A stretch of 64,000 nucleotides of DNA from Escherichia phage vB_EcoM_WFbE185, in the sequence record MK373778.1; one strand, given 5' to 3'. The position numbers were made by a program, and so were the translations under genes. Positions 60,577-64,000 of this stretch are shown here, piece after piece; within the stretch, counting starts at the first letter, position 1, and the number at the start of each line of letters is the position of its first letter. The notes below the pieces were generated by a model. It was not told the DNA's origin, did not search any database, and saw only the letters and a program-made list of their open reading frames with translations.

Positions 60577-60717
60577 TCACCATATTAATGAACGAATAAC
60601 CATTATAACATCTGAAATGAAAAGCACTACTTGGATTAGTCCAAACATCACACCGTAGTACAGAACCGTAAGCAACAACAAGAGCCCGAAGGCTCCTGCT
60701 AAGATTTTCTTAATCAT
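60577..60717 (-). CDS. small hydrophobic membrane peptide, 46 aa (T4 ac/stp/52.1 region)
   Basis: Manual translation MIKKILAGAFGLLLLLTVLYYGVMFGLIQVVLFISDVIMVIRSLIW; TAATG overlap with upstream peptide ORF; below track size cut-off. Confidence 0.35.
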   Translation of the reverse strand: MIKKILAGAFGLLLLLTVLYYGVMFGLIQVVLFISDVIMVIRSLIW

Positions 60718-60863
60718 TACTCGCCTTTTAACACGTTAAGAAGAGCTAAGACCGCTAAGGTACCTTGTGATACGGCCTGTTGAAATACTGTTGTTTCGCC
60801 TGTAACTAAAGTGTTAACGAATAAAAACGACCAACACAGCAATGCAATAATCCATGCTATCAT
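60717..60863 (-). CDS. small hydrophobic membrane peptide, 48 aa
   Basis: Manual translation MIAWIIALLCWSFLFVNTLVTGETTVFQQAVSQGTLAVLALLNVLKGE; GAGGT RBS 8 nt upstream. Confidence 0.35.
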   Translation of the reverse strand: MIAWIIALLCWSFLFVNTLVTGETTVFQQAVSQGTLAVLALLNVLKGE

Positions 60864-60887
60864 TTTAATTACCTCAAAAATAAATTA

Positions 60888-60907
60888 AAGGCCCAACTTA
60901 ATAGGCC
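60888..60907 (-). terminator. terminator after ndd
   Basis: AGGCC-N10-GGCCU hairpin followed by UUAAUUUAUUUUUG on the minus strand. Confidence 0.45.
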
Positions 60908-60915
60908 TATATAAA

Positions 60916-61362
60916 TTAGTAACTCTGCAGAATGAATTTGAAATTATCAGCCAGAAGACGGTTCATTTCAGTGAGTGTTTGATATTCTGATGTATGGTTG
61001 CGAGTGAATGCCAGAGCCAATTGACCTTTACCATAACCAGTGGTCAGTGGTTTCATGTTCTTAGCTGCAACAAAGATTACGTCATATTCAATATTGTTAG
61101 TGCCCATGGTACGGGCTAGTTGCGAACGGCCTTGACGAATGTGAGAAAGAATTGCATCCAACCCTTGTTTAGAACGTTGACGTCCTACAAAGAATCGAGC
61201 TGCTACTTGTCGCCAATCAGATGAACCTTTAACGAAGAAGTAAAAACCTTCACGAGAACGAAACTCTTTAGAAACTTCAGAACCGTATTCGCCATTACAA
61301 ACTACTGCAACAACTTCACCGCCAACTGCCAGAAGGTCTTTACGAGTTAAATATTTGGACAT
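60916..61362 (-). CDS. ndd: nucleoid disruption protein Ndd
   Basis: 148 aa; [13 protein letters not shown]...[14 protein letters not shown]...[21 protein letters not shown]...[10 protein letters not shown] matches T4 Ndd. Confidence 0.85.
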   Translation of the reverse strand: MSKYLTRKDLLAVGGEVVAVVCNGEYGSEVSKEFRSREGFYFFVKGSSDWRQVAARFFVGRQRSKQGLDAILSHIRQGRSQLARTMGTNNIEYDVIFVAAKNMKPLTTGYGKGQLALAFTRNHTSEYQTLTEMNRLLADNFKFILQSY

Positions 61363-61406
61363 GCTAATTTCCTCAATTGATTAATGTTTTTGTAATCCAT
61401 GAGAGC

Positions 61407-61436
61407 ATTATACTCTGCTCTCAAGAGTTTGTACAA
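61407..61436 (-). promoter_or_regulatory. early promoter (TTGTAC-N18-TATAAT) for ndd, -10 inside inverted repeat GAGAGCA/TGCTCTC
   Basis: Near-duplicate of the 32087-32116 cassette. Confidence 0.45.
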
Positions 61437-61438
61437 TT

Positions 61439-61639
61439 TTATTCGGCCATATCAGAACGTTCAAAAAGCTCTTCAACAGTTAAACATTCAGTGTCATCTT
61501 CAATAAAGAATCGAGTCCAACACGTTGGGGCGATACAGTTATGAGTTTGTCCGGCGATAGAAGCTACACGAATAAGCTGCTGACCGTTATTCAGAACAAA
61601 TTTTTCACCAATTTCAACATCTTTAAAAAGCTTAGCCAT
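61439..61639 (-). CDS. hypothetical protein (ndd.x-like)
   Basis: 66-aa ORF with GAGGAA RBS and early promoter at 61668-61697. Confidence 0.45.
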   Translation of the reverse strand: MAKLFKDVEIGEKFVLNNGQQLIRVASIAGQTHNCIAPTCWTRFFIEDDTECLTVEELFERSDMAE

Positions 61640-61667
61640 TTTGTGTTCCTCATGTTTCAGTAGGACT

Positions 61668-61697
61668 ACTATACCATAATCCTACCTTGTTGTAAAC
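61668..61697 (-). promoter_or_regulatory. early promoter (GTTTAC-N18-TATAGT) with -10 inside inverted repeat TAGGA/TCCTA
   Basis: Drives ORF 61439-61639; similar to the 62180-62209 cassette. Confidence 0.45.
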
Positions 61698-61889
61698 AAT
61701 TAAATTACATTAAAATATGTTAAAGCCAACCATGTTCCAGTGAACGAACATGCGATGTAAAACCACGCATCACAAATTGTTCTTAGTACAATAAGAAGTG
61801 CATTTTTCATAAGTACCTCAACACAATTGAAAATATTATACAAATCATTGGGATACTAAGCAACCATATTCCTATCCACATTTTAGAGC

Positions 61890-62153
61890 TCATATCTCAA
61901 CTTCCGCGAGTTCCATATATCCTTTGTTGATAACCTCTTTAAGGTCTTTAGAAAGAATAACACCAAAATGGTCGTTCATATGTCCATTAACTAAACGAGT
62001 TATTTCGGCTTCAGATGACATATAAGGCACGTCTGAGTCCCAATGAGATAGTCCCAAATGGGTATAAATCATCCCTTCGTCATCTGCAGTGTTGTACATT
62101 GAAACAAATTCGCCTGTTACTTTATGTTTTGCGTAGAAAAATTTAAATTTCAT
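61890..62153 (-). CDS. hypothetical protein (ndd.x-like)
   Basis: 87-aa ORF with early promoter at 62180-62209. Confidence 0.45.
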   Translation of the reverse strand: MKFKFFYAKHKVTGEFVSMYNTADDEGMIYTHLGLSHWDSDVPYMSSEAEITRLVNGHMNDHFGVILSKDLKEVINKGYMELAEVEI

Positions 62154-62179
62154 GATGTTATCCTCTTTTAGATAGGACT

Positions 62180-62209
62180 ACTATATCATAGTCCTACTTA
62201 GTTGTAAAC
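62180..62209 (-). promoter_or_regulatory. early promoter (GTTTAC-N18-TATAGT) with -10 inside inverted repeat TAGGACT/AGTCCTA
   Basis: Drives ORF 61890-62153; lies just downstream of the denB stop. Confidence 0.45.
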
Positions 62210-62221
62210 ACTTTTGTGAAA

Positions 62222-62779
62222 TTAAAGATGAAGATACCACCCGTTGTAGTTGCTCTTGCGGACGATTTTCTTTAGGTCTTCATGGTCTCCCACGAACTTT
62301 ATAGAATAAGAGAAGACGTCAGGTGAGGTTTCTTTGACATCTAATATAATAATGCAATCTGCGACTCGATGGTTCAAGAAGGGCCCTATATTGATTCCAT
62401 TACCACCCGGATAATCACCACTGTATCCTGTGGTAACCGAAATCCATTTCGAATCCATCTGATGGGTCTTTACTTCTACGCGTAGACCACAGTACTTAGG
62501 ATGAGCTAAAACGTCCCATGCATACGTGTACGGGTCTTCTACGTCTTCATTACCTTTATTAACATATCCGTCTAGCCAATTTGCTACTACATACTCTGCA
62601 AAGACTGCAACCTTACAACGTCGAACAACGTCTTCTTTTATTTGACCTGGATCTTGTTTCAACGAGTACCGAGCAGTATCAGCGATCTTAACCTTCATTT
62701 CGCTAGTCAAAAACTCATTCGTCAGGATAAATGTCGGAAGACTCTTCAGCCTCAACAGCCCCAAGTTCGTCTTTACCAT
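62222..62779 (-). CDS. denB: endonuclease IV (DenB)-like protein
   Basis: Start ATG MVKTNLG with GAGGT RBS gives 185 aa, the T4 DenB length; position between ndd and rIIB; no sequence confirmation possible here. Confidence 0.65.
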   Translation of the reverse strand: MVKTNLGLLRLKSLPTFILTNEFLTSEMKVKIADTARYSLKQDPGQIKEDVVRRCKVAVFAEYVVANWLDGYVNKGNEDVEDPYTYAWDVLAHPKYCGLRVEVKTHQMDSKWISVTTGYSGDYPGGNGINIGPFLNHRVADCIIILDVKETSPDVFSYSIKFVGDHEDLKKIVRKSNYNGWYLHL

Positions 62780-63002
62780 AGATACCTCTGATGTGTAGTT
62801 CGCCAAAATAAATGCGGTCACCTTCTTCAAGATATTCTGCATCTACAGGCGGAATTTCAATAACAACTTCGTCGCATTCTAACCAGCCGTAGTGTGCATC
62901 GCCAGGATGTTTTACCAATTTAGCACAATAAACTGATTTACACTTATGATGACCACGAAGATTAGCAATTTTGGATTCTGATACGTCAAATGGATGAATC
63001 AT
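62715..63002 (-). CDS. hypothetical Cys/His-containing protein, 95 aa, overlapping denB by 65 nt
   Basis: ATG start after the rIIB terminator; acidic C-terminus; no equivalent recalled between T4 rIIB and denB. Confidence 0.45.
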   Translation of the reverse strand: MIHPFDVSESKIANLRGHHKCKSVYCAKLVKHPGDAHYGWLECDEVVIEIPPVDAEYLEEGDRIYFGELHIRGIYGKDELGAVEAEESSDIYPDE

Positions 63003-63022
63003 AATTACCCCTAAAGAAAAAA

Positions 63023-63038
63023 GGGGACCGAAGTCCCC
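63023..63038 (-). terminator. terminator after rIIB
   Basis: GGGGAC-UUCG-GUCCCC followed by U6 on the minus strand. Confidence 0.6.
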
Positions 63039-63043
63039 AATTA

Positions 63044-63991
63044 TTATTCTGCAAACAATTCAGTAACGTCTGAAATTACTTCATAACGACATGTACGCAT
63101 CTTAGCATCACCATAGTCAACCGGGATGGATACAACATCACGTGGATGAACTTTAACTTTCACAACTTTATCTGAGCTTGAACCAAAGTGGCGAATATAA
63201 GATTTAGCACAAACATGGAGACCGCGAGAACAGGTTTGAGTATCATCGTCGTTAACTCGAGTACGAGGCATTGAAACAACTTTACCTGGGGAGTTATCAA
63301 ATGTACCACTATAGCAGTCTAAATAGTCCTTACGAACTACTTTCCACGCATAGAAATGTCCATCTTCAGTGATTTCAATATCGTTTGCAACCAAGAAGTC
63401 GAATAAACGTTGTACAGCTTTTTCGCTTGGGTTTTCTAACAGGTTTTCAAGGAATGGCAGATAGAATTTAAAGTCTTCACCTTTTTCCATGGAATCAATA
63501 ATACGGTTAACCAGCCCTGAACGAATCTCTATACCTTGATAAAATAAACTACCACCTTCAATAGTAACATTACCATCAACAAACTTAGTAATAGCTTTCT
63601 TGATGTTAATAAGTTCGACAGCTTTACTAAGGTTTCCTGCGACCAGATTAGCTTTAATTTCTTCAAAATTTGCATGGCTTGATGGAGTCGCATTGTATGC
63701 TACGCGTCCTTCAATAATTGAAATAAATTTAGATGACGCGTTCCATACGATTTCAGGACGATGGCCGCCGATAATAGGTTCATCATTTTCTGGAACTTCT
63801 TCGATTACATAAGAGGCATCGTTTGCTTCAGGGACAACGCCTTCTGCTTTAAAATTCTTAACAATCTTACGAAGAGTATCTGTTGAAATGTCGAAGTAAT
63901 CGGCAATTTCTTTACGAGTCCATTTGCCTGATTCAACCAGGCCGTAAGCTTCTAACTGTTCTTCTTGGGACAAGCATTTGATATTGTACAT
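63044..63991 (-). CDS. rIIB: rIIB membrane-associated lysis-inhibition / rex-exclusion protein
   Basis: 315 aa; MYNIKCL...GGSLFYQGIEIRSGLV...DFLVANDIEITEDGHFYAWKVVRKDYLD matches T4 rIIB. Confidence 0.9.
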   Translation of the reverse strand: MYNIKCLSQEEQLEAYGLVESGKWTRKEIADYFDISTDTLRKIVKNFKAEGVVPEANDASYVIEEVPENDEPIIGGHRPEIVWNASSKFISIIEGRVAYNATPSSHANFEEIKANLVAGNLSKAVELINIKKAITKFVDGNVTIEGGSLFYQGIEIRSGLVNRIIDSMEKGEDFKFYLPFLENLLENPSEKAVQRLFDFLVANDIEITEDGHFYAWKVVRKDYLDCYSGTFDNSPGKVVSMPRTRVNDDDTQTCSRGLHVCAKSYIRHFGSSSDKVVKVKVHPRDVVSIPVDYGDAKMRTCRYEVISDVTELFAE

Positions 63992-64000
63992 AATGTTTCC

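Noticed and set aside
62222-63002. Single frameshifted denB spanning both the 95-aa and 206-aa frames
   Set aside because: The downstream frame alone gives a 185-aa product from an ATG with a good RBS, matching the T4 DenB length, so a separate overlapping upstream ORF is the simpler reading; cannot be excluded without alignment.

Overview
This window is a T4-like (T-even, Tequatrovirus-type) myovirus genome segment, collinear with phage T4 from gene 22 (truncated at the window start) to rIIB. All calls rest on reading the six-frame translations against remembered T4 protein sequences and on motif inspection; no database search was run. Plus strand carries late structural genes: capsid 22-23-24, uvsW, baseplate 51-27-28-29-48-54, long tail fibre 34-35-36-37-38 and holin t. 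Minus strand carries early/middle genes: rnlB, hoc, inh, uvsY, baseplate 25-26, alt, DNA ligase 30, the 30.x cluster, rIII, 31, cd, pseT, spanins, alc, rnlA, denA, nrdB, nrdA, td, frd, 32, 59, 33, dsbA, rnh, asiA, motA, 52, ndd, denB, rIIB. T4-type early (GTTTAC-N17/18-TAtAaT), middle (MotA box TGCTTtA) and late (TATAAATA) promoters and UUCG/GNRA tetraloop terminator hairpins are recognisable. The most notable departure from T4 is an accessory island between cd and pseT carrying a class I-alpha DAHP synthase (AroF/G/H-like), four small ORFs and a free-standing GIY-YIG homing endonuclease; a second GIY-YIG gene sits between 59 and 33. The T4 seg genes at 23/24, hoc/uvsW and 32/59 are absent, and td and nrdB are intron-less. 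Other observations: many minus-strand early promoters have their -10 hexamer inside an inverted repeat (PeSL-like cassettes), some nearly duplicated; split Shine-Dalgarno hairpins precede gene 38 and denA; Hoc has four Ig-like domains through a tandem duplication; a 95-aa ORF overlaps denB; a 295-bp ORF-free structured region lies beside rIII. ORF-track starts are often extended to TTG/GTG codons; where a T4 N-terminus and a ribosome-binding site agree, starts were moved to the internal ATG.
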